Source: Lytechinus pictus
Taxonomy: Eukaryota
DNA: 64,000 bases
Direction: 5' to 3'
Assembly: GCF_037042905.1 (NCBI RefSeq)
Contig: NC_087252.1
Coordinates: 13,208,001 to 13,272,000 of the forward strand
Each line of letters opens with the position of its first letter. Position 1 is the first letter of the stretch. This document shows, piece after piece, positions 1 through 62,308 of the stretch. The notes beneath the pieces were generated by a model. The model did not search any database. It saw nothing but the letters and a program-made list of their open reading frames with translations, and had not been told where the DNA came from. Both the position numbers and the translations under genes were made by a program.

Positions 1-1642
1 GAAAAAAAAATGGACAGGCTAAAATTCAGCCCTTGCATCTTCTAATCCAATCAATAAATAGCATGTTCCTCCAACCAACTGCTTTCCAATACTAACTAAA
101 ATATACAAAATGGCTAACTCGGACACCTCGACCGGCAACAAGAACAAGCATTGTATACAAAATAATCCTATACATGTACAAAGTATTTACACAAGAAAAT
201 ACTGCAGTCATTTAAACAATTAAATTAAACATTTCTGGTAGAGTTCAAGTGAACAATAGTACAAATTTTCAGTCACTAAAAGTTGAATATAATAACACAG
301 GAGGTCATGTATACAGTAACATTATGATCAAGGATAAACATGATTTCATATAATCATCTCACTTCATTTATATATATGTATATGTATACATGTCCAAATT
401 ATGTAAATAAGAGCACCATTAGGTAAATCAAGAAATAATAATTCAAAATTTAAAATGAAGTAATAAATATGAGATTATACACTGGGTATGCTACAGTATA
501 AAGAAGAGGTCAAAATCCAAGCATATTTAATGGTGCACCTAAAAGCCATGAATATAAATATTACTTGATAGGGAAATGCGAGTATTTTGATTAGCTAGGG
601 CAACCATGACCCAATAGTGTAACATACTGCTTCATAAAGATATACAAAATTTTGAAAACTACATCAACATTGAGAAAAGAATTGCTTAAAATATGCAAAG
701 AATATAACTAATCAACAATGGATAATTTTCTGTGTATTTTATTCCAGTAAACTGGTATGAAATTTATAATGGCTGGTAGTAAAAGAGTATCTAATGTAAC
801 ATATCCAACTATTTTTTCAGATGCAGTACTAATGGTGTATTTAAAAATATCAACTAAATGTACACATTTCTTTATAATTCTTTATAATCAGAGATGTTAC
901 AAATAAAAAAATGGAAATTCATTTTCTACATGCTACTATAACTTATGGCAGTATATATTTTACCCTTGGAAATGTGCAACCTCTTAGTAAAACCCAGTTG
1001 GTATTGAAGAATAACAAGTGAGGAAAAAAAGGAGAAAAAAACTTGTTGTGTGTCACAAAAAGTGATATTTCTTTTTTCGTTTTTGAAGATCCAAGACAAA
1101 GATAAAATCATCAGTGGATGAATGTCAAAGATCAAAATGAGAGAGTATTTTTTTGAAGGCCACAAAAGTTTGAAAGATTTAAAATTGCAGAATTGTGAAG
1201 TTAAATATTGCTTTATTACTTTGTAATATTACCAACGATAAAAGTTATTTGTATGCGCAGACATCATTCTTTAGTAAAAAGAATTATCATATGGTGAATT
1301 GCCAACTTCACATTGTATAAAAAAGGTGATATGATATAAAATATATCACAAAAGACTCAAATTTATCTGTACTAAAGTAAAAACAGGTCCTTTCGATAGC
1401 TGTCCCATTCAAGACAAGCATTTTTTTTCTGTGATGGAAAAGATAGTCTTTGGGTCCAGATGTTTCATCCAATGTTACACAGCCAGGATATGCATTTTAG
1501 GCTTTCCCTCCAGTTGTTGCAAGGAAATATATCCACATCACCACTTGAAGTCGTGCTAACAGCCTCCTGTGTTAGCAACTGTGACATCCATTCATTTTGA
1601 AGGCCATCCTCAGTTATTTCATTACATGATGAGATTCCCATT
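1..1642 (-). other. Probable 3' UTR of PHLDB (end not defined)
   Basis: AT-rich non-coding sequence after the stop; minus-strand AATAAA at about 1212-1217 and 738-743. Confidence 0.6.
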
Positions 1643-50560
<48,918 letters not shown>

Positions 50561-50697
50561 ATTCTGAAGTAAGCAAGAAAACAAAACAAAGTAGACAATT
50601 AATTTTGCATATTAAAACTTGGTAAAAAAACATGATACATTATCAGATGCATTCATCAACTTGACAAGGTGCTATAGGCTCTGAATGAGGTGGCCAG

Positions 50698-51206
50698 GGT
50701 CCCGTCTTACAAAGCGTTGCGATTGATCTGATCAATCACAACTATGGAAAGCCAGCAACGTCAACATCTAAAATGCATGTTTATTCAAAATATTTCATAC
50801 ATATGTTGTATATTCATACATTCATTGCTTTCTTGAACATTTTGTATGCTTCTCTTTGTTTACCAAGGATGTTGTGCAAATTTCGTGTAGAAAAAATTAT
50901 GACATTGATGGATTTCCATACAGTTAAAGTTGATCTGGGCCCCGTCTCACAAAGAGTTACGATTGATCCATTCAATTGCAACTCTATGGAAATCCATCAG
51001 TGTCATAATTTTTTCAACAGGAAATTTGCAAAATGTCCTTTGTAAACAAAGGAGAACACACCAAATTGTCAAGAAATCAAAGAATTCATGGATATACATT
51101 CATATCTAGAATTTTTTTTGAACAAGCATGCATTTCATGTTGACTTTGCTGGCTCTCCATAGTTGCGATTGATCGGATCAAATCGCAAATCTTTGTAAGA
51201 TGGGCC
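50698..51206. mobile_element. Two family C copies in inverted orientation
   Basis: Truncated copy 50698-50935 abuts a full opposite-orientation copy 50938-51206. Confidence 0.8.
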
Positions 51207-52156
51207 CAGGAGTTGAAACTTCTGGCTTGTGGGGTTCTCAAATAATACACAGTGTAATCTTGAGGAAGAAATACACTGATCTGTTAATGCTTGCAATATA
51301 TGCAAAACAAACAAACAAACAAAACACAGGTATGTACACATGTCAATGATTCTAGATTATTTGTAACTAATAAACATGTCATAAAGTGTTGAAATAATTG
51401 TCCGTTTCTTTTGTGCCACTGTAACTGACAAATAAAGGCATAGATTTGGCAGCTTTGGCAGACTGGCTATATACACATTTGGCAACAAGTATTATAATTA
51501 ATCAACATTAAATAAGTAGCCCATGAAAAATAAAAAGCTTGGTTTTAATACCTCCCATAGTATCCCAATTCTCATACCATACATAGCACATTGGTTATTT
51601 ACTTGACACTCAATGCAAGTACTAAGGGTTCAAATCCCCAACCAATCAGAGCACTTACCAATGGTGAACCAGGATATGAAAATAGAAAGGACGCAAAATT
51701 TATAGCAAATTTGAAAAAAGAGGGGTCGCAGATTACAATTTTCGTAGATTTAGCAATATCAATATGCATGTTTTTTTTAATAGTGGACAATGCTCAGAAT
51801 ATAGTAGGGTCGTGTTTTCCCAACTGCCCTGCCTGGATCCCCACACTACATACATCTTTCCACAGGACATTACTTCACTTTTGCCACTATCAACCCAGGT
51901 TGAGAGTAATAAATTAAGTGCAATTAAGTATAATCAATGCATAAAATCTATAGAAACCAAGCCAAGGTTTCAAATGACGCACTCTAAACCATGTTGGTGT
52001 ATTCAGGCCATTATCATGTCCTGTGTTAGAATTTGGCGTCAGCATGGAAAATTGTTTTTTATGTCTAGATTAGTGAGTGAAACATTGGTGTCTTTCATTA
52101 CAATAAGGTGATGCGCCTCACATACTCCTTGAGAAAGTAGGATACCACTCTTTTCA

Positions 52157-52709
52157 TACCCTTTTTACACACGCTAAAATTTCCTTAACCCCGTACTATA
52201 GGTGGGGCTAAATTGCCATTTAGCCCCACCTATAGTACGGGGTTAAGCTTAGCCCACTTTCTTTTTACACAACATTTTTGCAAAGTGGGCTAACCCCACC
52301 TTTAGTACGGGATTATTTGGCCCTGCAAAAAAGCAGGGTTATCCCAGCAATTGCGGTGCTAAGAGCGATAGTACGGGGTTAAGATCGCTAGTGTAAAACG
52401 AAAGTGGGCTAAGCTTAACCCCGTACTATAGGTGGGGCTAAATGGCAATTTAGCCCCACCTATAGTACGGGGTTAAGGAAATTTCAGCGTGTGTAAAAAG
52501 GTACGAGTGAAGTACTTGTACTACGAATGATCGACAAAAACCACTAGTCCGGGGTTAGCGAGTTTCGTGTGTGAAAAGCAAGCATTCCTTATCCGGGGTT
52601 AGCGATAACAATTTGGCATGTGTGAAAAGGAAAAAAAATAGTACGGGGTTAAGGAGAGTACGGGGTTAGCGATAGTCCGGGGTTAAGAAAATCCTGTGTA
52701 AAAAGGGTA
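52157..52709. mobile_element. TIR element built from nested palindromes
   Basis: TIR TACCCTTTTTACAC; 3-bp TSD TCA; many copies of AGTACGGGGTTA in both orientations. Confidence 0.85.
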
Positions 52710-53207
52710 TCAGTGTCTTTTTACATTTCAAACAGCAGTTATTTTCTTTAAAGCCTTCAGGTAGATCGACACAATCTTAATATTTCATAAATTTGGCAAT
52801 CCCTTCAAAGATTAATAAGTAAGATCATCATTATCATAAACAGTTTGGCAAAAACATAATTTGGCATCTTTTCTGATCCAACAAACTCTCTGATTAATTA
52901 TTAAGCAAACTTTGCCCACCTAAAAATTTAATCCCTTTCCTTGTATTTCTGACTTTAAGAAAGCCACAGACATCAGGTGTTTTATAGATAAGACGGTAAG
53001 GAGCCAAGGAGTTTGTAATCAAAAGCCTTCCTCATTTAAAAGAGGTTACGTTTGGTTAAGATTCAAGAACAGGAATTGTACAATTCTATTATTCTAATCT
53101 TACAAAACAGTGGTATATATATTTTTTGTAATGGCAAAAAGAAGCTGCTGAAAACTGCTTATCTAATAAAAGAGAGCCAATGGAGTAAATTAGAAAGTAA
53201 AAAAGGG

Positions 53208-53246
53208 GCCTAAGCTTTCGATCCTAGCAGAATCTTCGCCAGAGGC
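53208..53246 (-). ncRNA. Minimal type I hammerhead-like motif (Penelope type), core mutated
   Basis: GCCT CTGGCGA A GATTCT gct AGGATC GAAA GC TT AGGC; stems I and II pair; CUGA core reads CUGG. Confidence 0.5.
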
Positions 53247-53420
53247 AAAATGACAAACGTATAAAGTGGAACAACCATAATATAGACCACAAACAAGCTA
53301 CAGCAACACTAGAAACAAGGAGACAAAAGGGGCATTAGTGAGTAGAGAAGACCAATCAGGTTAGTGAAGGGGATGATATATTTTTTTTAATTGATTGATT
53401 CTTCAATGTTAAAACTTTCA

Positions 53421-54210
53421 TTAAAGGAGAATGAAACCCTTGAAACCAGCTGAATCCATATAAAAGAGAAAAATCAAAGAAACATATTGTTGAAAGTTTG
53501 AGGAAGATTGAATGAATAATAAGAAAGTTATGAGCATTTGAATATTGAGATCACTAATGCCATGTAGATCCTCCCATTAGCAATGCGACCAAGATCTGTG
53601 ATGTCACACACGTACAACTCCCTCATTACTTTAGTACTTATTTCACTTATATTCTCACTTTTATAGAGTCTATCACAAGGTGAGGTGTTCTCTTTATGAG
53701 AGGACAAGTACAGAGGTTTCACAACATTATATCATTGATGAATCGGTTGTCATATGATTAGAATGAGCAAAAAGAGATGTTTTGGGGTATATTTTCAGTG
53801 TCCAAAACTGGACAACTCTCCCCTTTTGGACACTGAAAATGTACCCCAAAACATCTCTTTTTGCTCATTCTAATCATATGACAAACGATTCATCATTGAT
53901 ATAATGTTGTGAAACCTGTGTACTTGTCCTCTCATAAAGAGAACACCTCACCTTGTGATAGATTCTATAAAAGTGAGAATATAAGTGAAATAAGTACTAA
54001 AGCAATGAGGGAGTTGTACGTGTGTGACATCACAGATCTTGGTCGCATTGCCAATGGGAGGATCTACATTGCATTAGTGATCTCAATTTTCAAATGCTCA
54101 TAACTTTCTTATTATTCATTCAATCTTCCTCAAACTTTCAAAAATATGTTTCTTTGATTTTTCTCTTTGATATGGATTCAGCTGGTTTCAAGGGTTTCAT
54201 TCTCCTTTAA
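53421..54210. mobile_element. Family A rearranged copy: two right halves head to head
   Basis: 53421-53807 is the reverse complement of most of 53812-54210; TTAA at both ends. Confidence 0.85.
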
Positions 54211-55171
54211 AGTCAGCCAAGAACTTATCTTTTATTACAGTGTCAATGGCTGCCATCTAGTGCTCATATTTATTTGATATGATTTGTTTATTGATGTGAT
54301 CATTGATTTTATCCAGAAGTCACAATGCATTAAAACTTGAAAGGAAAAATTTCTTGTCTCCTGATTTACTAAGAGCTAATGAGGCTTTAAGAGTGATAAC
54401 ACAAACAAAAAGATATATATGGTTTTGAGAAGTAAAAATGATGCTAGATACAAAAACATGTAATATGGACACTGAATTTTTAAAGATATTAACAGAAAAC
54501 CCACTTTGGACAATTTTTCATTCCTTTCAATTTGGTTGTATACCAGCAGACAGTTTTTTTTTTATGGAATATGGGAAGTGATTTTTCCAAACAATTTCAT
54601 TCACAGAAAGCCCACTTTCACAAAATTAAAATTCTTGTTACATTAGTTGGATGAAAACATTTTTGTAAGGTATTGACCAAATGACATCTACTCATATCAA
54701 ATCTTGAATCACAACTTTTTATAACAGGGTTGTATTGCATAATCTAATGTCAGTATGTCACCTGATACCTATCACAACTGTCACATGACCTTAATCACAG
54801 CCATCAGACCAAGACATTTCCTGGCTAATATACCTCAATCAAACAGACCATGTCTGCGAGCAGTCCTCAGGAAATGGCCATACTTCAAGCTGTCCCTTCA
54901 ATTGTTGTCATGGCGATAGGGGTTGCTAAGTGATGCCTTACAAATGTTTTTGCTTCTTGATTCTGTGACTCTGTAACGTCTTCGCTTCGAGGACGGAAGG
55001 AAGCGGTGGGCCTTGCATTTTAATTTGTCTAATTATGCTCGACTTAGATTTAGGCCAGCAGGTACACCTCTATTTAAACATACTTTCCTTATTCCTATAT
55101 TCATTAAAGGTATTGGAGAGCAACTTTACTTTTAAACTTTAAGTCCCAATTGTGACCTGTAATTGTGAAAC

Positions 55172-55453
55172 CAGGGGCGGATCCAGGATTTTCAAAAGGG
55201 GGGGGGCAAATTTTTCAAAGGAAATTAAGGATATTTCGTCCCAAAAAAATTTGACAAGCAAAAAAAAAAAGTTTTTCAACCACAAATTATGGGTTTTTCG
55301 TTCCAGAAAAAAATTAGACGAGCAAAAAAAAAAAAAAAAAAAAGGTCTTCAAGTTCAAAAGAGGGGGCACACCTCTGTTTTCATGGCATTTTTACATTAC
55401 AAATTTATAATTTTGCTTCTCTTTTGCTTCCCCCCCCCCTGGATCCGCGCCAG
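55172..55453. mobile_element. hAT-like MITE
   Basis: TIR CAGGGGCGGATCCAGG; exact 8-bp TSD TGTGAAAC. Confidence 0.85.
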
Positions 55454-57249
55454 TGTGAAACTGAGTTGCTATTTCTTGAAAGATAGCAACTCAAATACCT
55501 TATCAATTGTTCAACTTAGGCTCAATATCATTAATACTCTGGAAATTGGAACAAAATTAACTTTCCCAAATTAGCTGATTAAATGTATGTTTGAGCTTTG
55601 ATATACGTATACTCACACATAATCACTTCAGCCCTCGGGCCCATCTAAACCCCTTTTTTTTTAAATAAACCTTTTATCCATCAACTCCAATGGATCCATG
55701 TATAGTATCAATGGATCAAAACAACTGAACTTATGAACTTGAACTAATTTTCCATTGCCACCGCTATACACATGACTCAACATTGATTGTACAACCTCTG
55801 ACAAGTATTAATCACACAACATCGTGGTAACCATCAAATACATGACATGAGGGGGAAGATCTAAAACTTTGTAAAAAAAAATTGGAAATAGAAGCAGGCC
55901 AGGAGAGCATTTCATGACGACTTCTGTCAGTGGTTTTCAGTGACAGATGTTATAAGCTACTAGAAATCCTAGCATCCGATTGGCTGAAAGTGAATCGGTC
56001 AGTTGAAATCACTGACAAATCTCTCCATGAAAAGTATGTGCTGCGAATTCCGGGATAGAAAAAAAAATCAGATCAGCTATTGTTGATTAGTCTGCAGGCA
56101 CAGACCCTGATTGAAACTTTGATCAACAAGTGTGTCTCCACGCAAAGACTAGCACATACAAAAACTTGCTGTTTTAATTCCTGAGCGAGAGGGCCTTCAG
56201 TACACAAGGCATGAGTAGGCTGCAATTCAGACCCTTTACTCGAGTGAAGGGTTTGCATAGCAGACTAGTGGTTGATGGTCCTTGGAACTGCAGATTTGAT
56301 TTGGATCCTGAGGATTTATTTTAAATCTCAAATCTCAAATGAACGTGCATGTAAATTCAATCTTTGCAGTTTAAATCCCAAATTCTCCATCTAGTATTTG
56401 ACTGACCACTAACTACAGACAATCTGGCTTAATTTTCAATAAACAAAATGAAGAGTGTAGATATATTAAACCGAGCTTAAGTTCAAAATTGAAATCTATG
56501 TTATTTGAAAGCAATATTTGCTTTACACTATATGCCATACATCTATAAGGCATTTAGATACATTACTTTGATGTAATAAGTGCTACATGAAAGTGGAATA
56601 CTATCATTAGCATATGTTTCTAAAATAGTTTATTCACTTTACAGTATTCAGACTAGAACTATCAAAGCATAATGATGCAATGAATTTTGCTTGTCAAATG
56701 AGAGGCACGTAGGGGAATGAATCTTGCTACACCTTGGAAGACATCTAGAAGTCACATTTTCACTAATGCTTGCAACTTAGTCACAGCTTAATCATACGCT
56801 AATTTTGGATTGGGGATTTCACGTACGTCAAAGGAAGATGAGTTTGTATCGATGACGAGGAAAAGATGAAAAGTTTTGCTGATCTGCATGTGGTTTAGTG
56901 ACTGTTTCTTTTTCGGTTAATTATGATGATAACTAGGCAGATGAAGTAACAGCTGCCTGGTTGTTTGGCCAAACTTTTGATGGCTTTCCTGTGGTTTTGT
57001 TCAAATATAAAACTGGCATTCTCTATGTTTTGTTCGCACTGACCGTACCATGCTATTTGGTACTTGGTAGACCAGCTCAAAATGTGAGAGAAGAGTTTTG
57101 AAATCTTTCCAATATAGAAAATAAAGCTTGTCTATCTGGAATTCAAGAATTTCTGCAAGAAATAGTTGATGACTGATGGAGGTATAAGACTGATAACAAA
57201 TATATACAGATTATCCTTATAACTCATGGACTTAGATATACATTCTGAC

Positions 57250-58500
57250 CAAGGATCGGAAATGTGAGTGCAGATGGAAAGTAGTGGCTGTCAAACATTG
57301 CCTTTATTAATAATGATGTCATATTTTACAGGGGGTAGCCACTTCAGTTCTGAAAACTGTTATCCCAGGGTGCCCTGCTTATAGCATGATAATGTTGATT
57401 TCAGAAGAAAATTCAAATTCACCTGAAATCACGTACGATATGTCAGAGGACCTCCACAACGTGTGTCTTGATATTCAAGGTAGATTACTTGACACTAACT
57501 TCAATCATATCCAGATCAATATTTTACCTTTTCCATGAACAACACTTGAGTTTTAAGACCTTACCACCTGACACTTAACCAACAGCTAAATGATAAATCA
57601 CACCCATTTGTCTTCTGAATCTTTGACCTCATTCCTTTTAAGACGCTTATCGAGAGCCTCCTTTTCAATGTAAATCCTAAACAACAACTGGCACTTCGAT
57701 TGGCAGAAATCGAAACTGCTTTTGAAATAAATTTAAACACCTTTCATGGACCTGGTGCCCTAAATCATTTGAAACTAAAGCATGGTTGCAATTCTCTGAC
57801 TAAAGTAACTGTCAATTCACTGCCGAATCATATATGCTTGGTGTTACAAAAGGTGCTACCATACTGCCCCATTTGTGGAAAATATCACAGAATACCTAAT
57901 TATGCTCACCAATTTGATTAGAATTTTTAGTAAGAGAAAAGCTCCCAACTACGTTCTGTATGTCATACTCTGTCTTATGGTAAAACAAATCTCCTATATC
58001 ATAACAGAATTTTGCATAGCAGTTTATAAAAAATGTGAAGCAATTATTCCCTGAGTATACAATAATTATTTTGAGATAGGCCCTGTCTAATAGATTTGGG
58101 AAAGAATTCTAATCAAACTTAACTCTATTTATATTAGATTTCTTATAATATCTTGATTACACAATTTGTAAATGATCTCAGTTAGAGTTTGAGAAGAATC
58201 AACTTGTGTGTAAGATGGGCTACTGAATCAGATGTGAAAAGGTAATGTACTTTGCCTGAACAGGGGGGTGTAAATGCACCAATATCATCAATACTGGCCT
58301 ACTTGTGGATGCAGGGTCGAGGAAACCAAAGAACTGACACTTCAAAGTTAAAAAGCTGAAATGAGCTTAAAAGCAATTTAAACACCCTCCATGGTCTTGC
58401 TAACCTTAAAATCATCTTAAACTCTTACACCTTCAAAGACTTCCATTAAATTTAGCTTCTTTTTACCATGCTTAAACGGAACCCCAAATGTGTTCAAATA
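57250..58500 (+). pseudogene. Heavily decayed leucine-rich-repeat (TLR/LRR-like) gene fragment, antisense to PHLDB
   Basis: Broken frames give KCECRWKVV (LRRNT-like), LLDTNFNHI, EINLNTFHGPGALNHLKL, KELTLQS, NELKSNLNTLHGLANLKII and LKRNPKC (LRRCT-like), with stops and frameshifts. Confidence 0.55.
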
Positions 58501-60639
58501 TTTTAAATCAATTTTCTGTTATTATGGACCTAGTCCATGGTGTTAACTAAGAAGAATATTATGGAAAAGAGATCTGACTGCAAGATATTTCTATATTTAG
58601 ATAATCTTACATTGAAAATATGACAAAACGGAGAGAAATGTTTTGGTTGAGTGACTGCATGTAGTCTGTATGTATTTAGAACTGTGTTCAATACTTCTCA
58701 CCCTAAGCAAAATAAATTGCATTTTGATTTGGGGTCATTGCAAAATCTAAAAGCATGCAATTCTTAAGCACACTGCAAGCAACATTTGTCAATAACTATG
58801 AGGCAGATCCTTCTACAATTCAATCTCATGACACAAAATCTTTCATCTTTAACTAATCATGATCATAAATTAAAATTGTATATGTATATGTCATCTTACC
58901 TCACCATAATGAGAAAGTTACCTTTTTTCTCCAATTCCAAACGAGCATGCAATTGCTTTCATTACATACCTTTTAATTGATACCTAACAAGAATTAAAAA
59001 AATACCTGTATAATAAATAGTCATTTCCATTTGTCCACTTCATGACCATATATCAATCCAAGAGGATGCAACAATACAATATGAAACAAGTAAATCAAAC
59101 TCACATTTAAGTGGCCTGGAGGAACCCATACACTGTATTTAGTGGTGTACGGCTTTTCATTCTCATTCAAATGATTGTTCAATCCGTTACAAAACATATC
59201 CATGTCGGCGATTCCTTTAAATGATCTACTTTACAGACAATTCTAAATATTCCAATCGAAGATAAGGCAACGGAATTGCCTTGAACAACAACAACACAGG
59301 TCTACAGATTCCAGTTGACCAATTCCATGACGGCTTCCCTTTTCTTCATCAAAAATATAAATCACTCTGAATACTTCCAGGGCTTTTTCCAGAAACTGCC
59401 TTTCAAAAATGTGGTTAAACCGTGTTCCTGTTCCTAACAAGTTGTGGTTGCCTAAGGGTTGGTCTGAATTCTATTAAAAGAATGTTAGGTCCTTCACAAT
59501 CCACATATCAAGGAAAAGAATGAACAATTGTAAATATTGCACAATAGTCCTCCAAGGAACACACTTTAGAGGTAGGTGATATCTGAAGGGTCTTGCATCC
59601 TTCAGTAGCAGAATTCATAAAAACTCATTCATCAAATAGAATTGCATCAAACGTTAACACACTCTCCGCAAGGTCTCATTCAGAAGTCTCAAAAGTATAA
59701 AGAATAGTCTTATTAGAAATGACTAGTATTCAATCACGTTTCCATTACCAATGGCCTACTCTTCAATCCACAAAGAATATGTCAACAATGAATCTATGGG
59801 TATCTGATTCACATACATGTATTCCAATTATCAGGTTTCTTCAGAGACTTTTCCCAATAATATGTCAATATTAGACTCTTCCTTCTATTTTCTGAAGGAT
59901 TTGTTGCAATTCTGAAGAGAATGTTGGTAGGGGAAGTTCCAAAAATCGTTCCATATCTGCAACATTTAGGCTCATGAAGTTTCTATTTTAGAAAGTGACT
60001 CAGTCCCCTAACAACAGTTAGACAAGTAGCAAGGAGCTGTAGGGAGCAACCTTCATTTGGACATGGTGATTCTCAATAACTGCAGCACCTATTCCAAGTT
60101 ATAAACTCTCCAGGAATTGTTGCTGACATCATTCCTAAGGTTGAACTGTCAAGATCCTGAACTGAACAACAGTGATCCTTGACAATGTACGCTCAGTAGG
60201 TTATATTCTCTGGGTACTTCAAATAAATCATGCAGGACAGCTAGCACTTGCCATGTGAAAATGAGACTGCACTCCTCGCGCTTGAGGACATCCCAGGTTA
60301 ATCTGACGACTCTTGAGTCATCACAAGGCTCTTTGAACTTCACTTGACAAGTTAAGAAGGGGATGCTCTAGAACTCTCAAAACTCAATACGGAATCGGTC
60401 CAGTCATGGCAAGGTTCAAGCTCGATTGTCTTTCCTTCCACAGGCATTAGGGTTGAGTCAACAACAAACAGTCATCAGGATTGTAAGATATGAAGCAAGT
60501 GCAGCGGAGAAGTGATTCAATATGTTTTGGCACAGGGTCATAACAACTGCTGCGAGGGCAATATAGGAAGTCTATCGCCCTCCCCTGGCAGGGAATGCAC
60601 ACCTGCTGCAGGGCGATATTAAGTGCTATGAACTGATTA

Positions 60640-61115
60640 GGTGGTTTCAAACCGCCTCGATCACAAGAATCCCCGTTAAATTACGAAAACTTTTTTAGGC
60701 TGAAAAATACCCATTAATTATTCCTGCATTCACACCGCCCTGGAACATACCCTTCGGGATAAGTTCCTGAAGTTACGAGCATGCGCAGTATGGTCTGATA
60801 AGCAGCAAGGCGCGAAATTCAAAATCACTAGCCCAGCAGCAACCCATGCACGGCGCCGCACCCAACGACACGCTGGGCTAAAAGTTCCCGTAATTTGCTT
60901 TCAGACCGCCAAAATACCCACGACCTTGGAAAAATCCCCGCGAAAGTTCTCGTAATTTCGCCAAGTACCTACTATTTATCGGGTATTTTCTTTCGGGGAT
61001 ATTACGCGTAGTTTGCTTTCACACCGCCAAAATACCTGGTATTTTCTGATCGGGGTAAATTTCCCGATCAGAGAATACCTGGAACTGGCGAACTTCGAGG
61101 CGGTCTGAAACCACC
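60640..61115 (-). mobile_element. MITE family B copy 2
   Basis: Same TIR, opposite orientation, TA-rich flanks. Confidence 0.88.
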
Positions 61116-62132
61116 TATTAAAGAGTAATATAATCTGACAAAAGCATCAAACAATGTGGCATTTGAATGATGAATCAATGTGATTTTTCAATGGTCGGAC
61201 ACTTTCATGCAGTCTTTCACACAAAATCAGATTTCAAAATAAAATCATGTTAATGTGTCAAAAATATGCTCTAACTTTCAAGGATTGGCTGTGAAAAGGG
61301 ACAAGCTGATTATTAGATCCAGCCTTTAATAAAACTTGTGGATCTGACTTCAAATCTTTTGACATTTAGAAATTAATCCTTAGGATGAAAAAGAAAACCA
61401 ATTTTTGGCAGGTCTCTATTTACAGTCAATCTGGATTGATTTTAAATCCCTGAAATTTAGAGTGAATTGAAAAGTTTATGCCATAAGTTATGGCAAATAA
61501 ATTATTAATTGATTTGTATGTAATATTGAATCTTATATGATATTAAAATCTATGATTCCATATCCCATCCAAGTAAAATACAATAACAATCCTGTCAGAA
61601 ATAAAATAATGAAAACAGAATAACCATTCATTACTCTACTAATATACATTATATTTCATAAAAAGTGGGTGACATTAAATCTGGAAAGCTATTAAAAATT
61701 CATATTGATCATTCTATATCATAATTCATAATGACTATCAATCTTTTTAGAGCTTACAAATTTCAAATTATAATTTTCTCCCTTCCAAATTCAGTTAATG
61801 TATACACAATTTTACAGAGAATTGAATTAGACTTTTCAATTCATAATACTACTTTGAGCCATGCAGGCTTAAAGCTGATTTTTTTTTGGCAATGAAGAAA
61901 TGCCTCTATCCATTAATTAGGACAACCCTTTCAGCCAAATAGCTTAAAAGGTACAGTATTGTTGCATTGTCCAAAACAGACTAAATCTGAAATATCTAGT
62001 AATATTAGACCCAAATACTCACTTTGTTTACTTTGCAGCTAGAAAGTAATTGAAAAGGTTTATGGGGCAGGCAAGAATGTGTAAGAAAGAGGGGAAAGAG
62101 GGACGGCGAGTGTATGGAGACCTGACTATCTT

Positions 62133-62308
62133 CACAGTAAAAATAAAAACAGCACATTGTTTAAGCCTGTCACTCTAACAACAAGTTGTTAACACTTTTT
62201 TTTGCAATGGTTTAAAAAGTTTAAACAGTTGTTTAAAAAGTTTTAACAATAGTTGACACGGACTTAAACAACAGTATGCTTAAACTTTTAAACAGCGTTT
62301 TTACAGTG
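62133..62308. mobile_element. EnSpm/CACTG-like MITE
   Basis: CACAGTAAAAA / TTTTTACAGTG termini with TT flanks. Confidence 0.6.
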
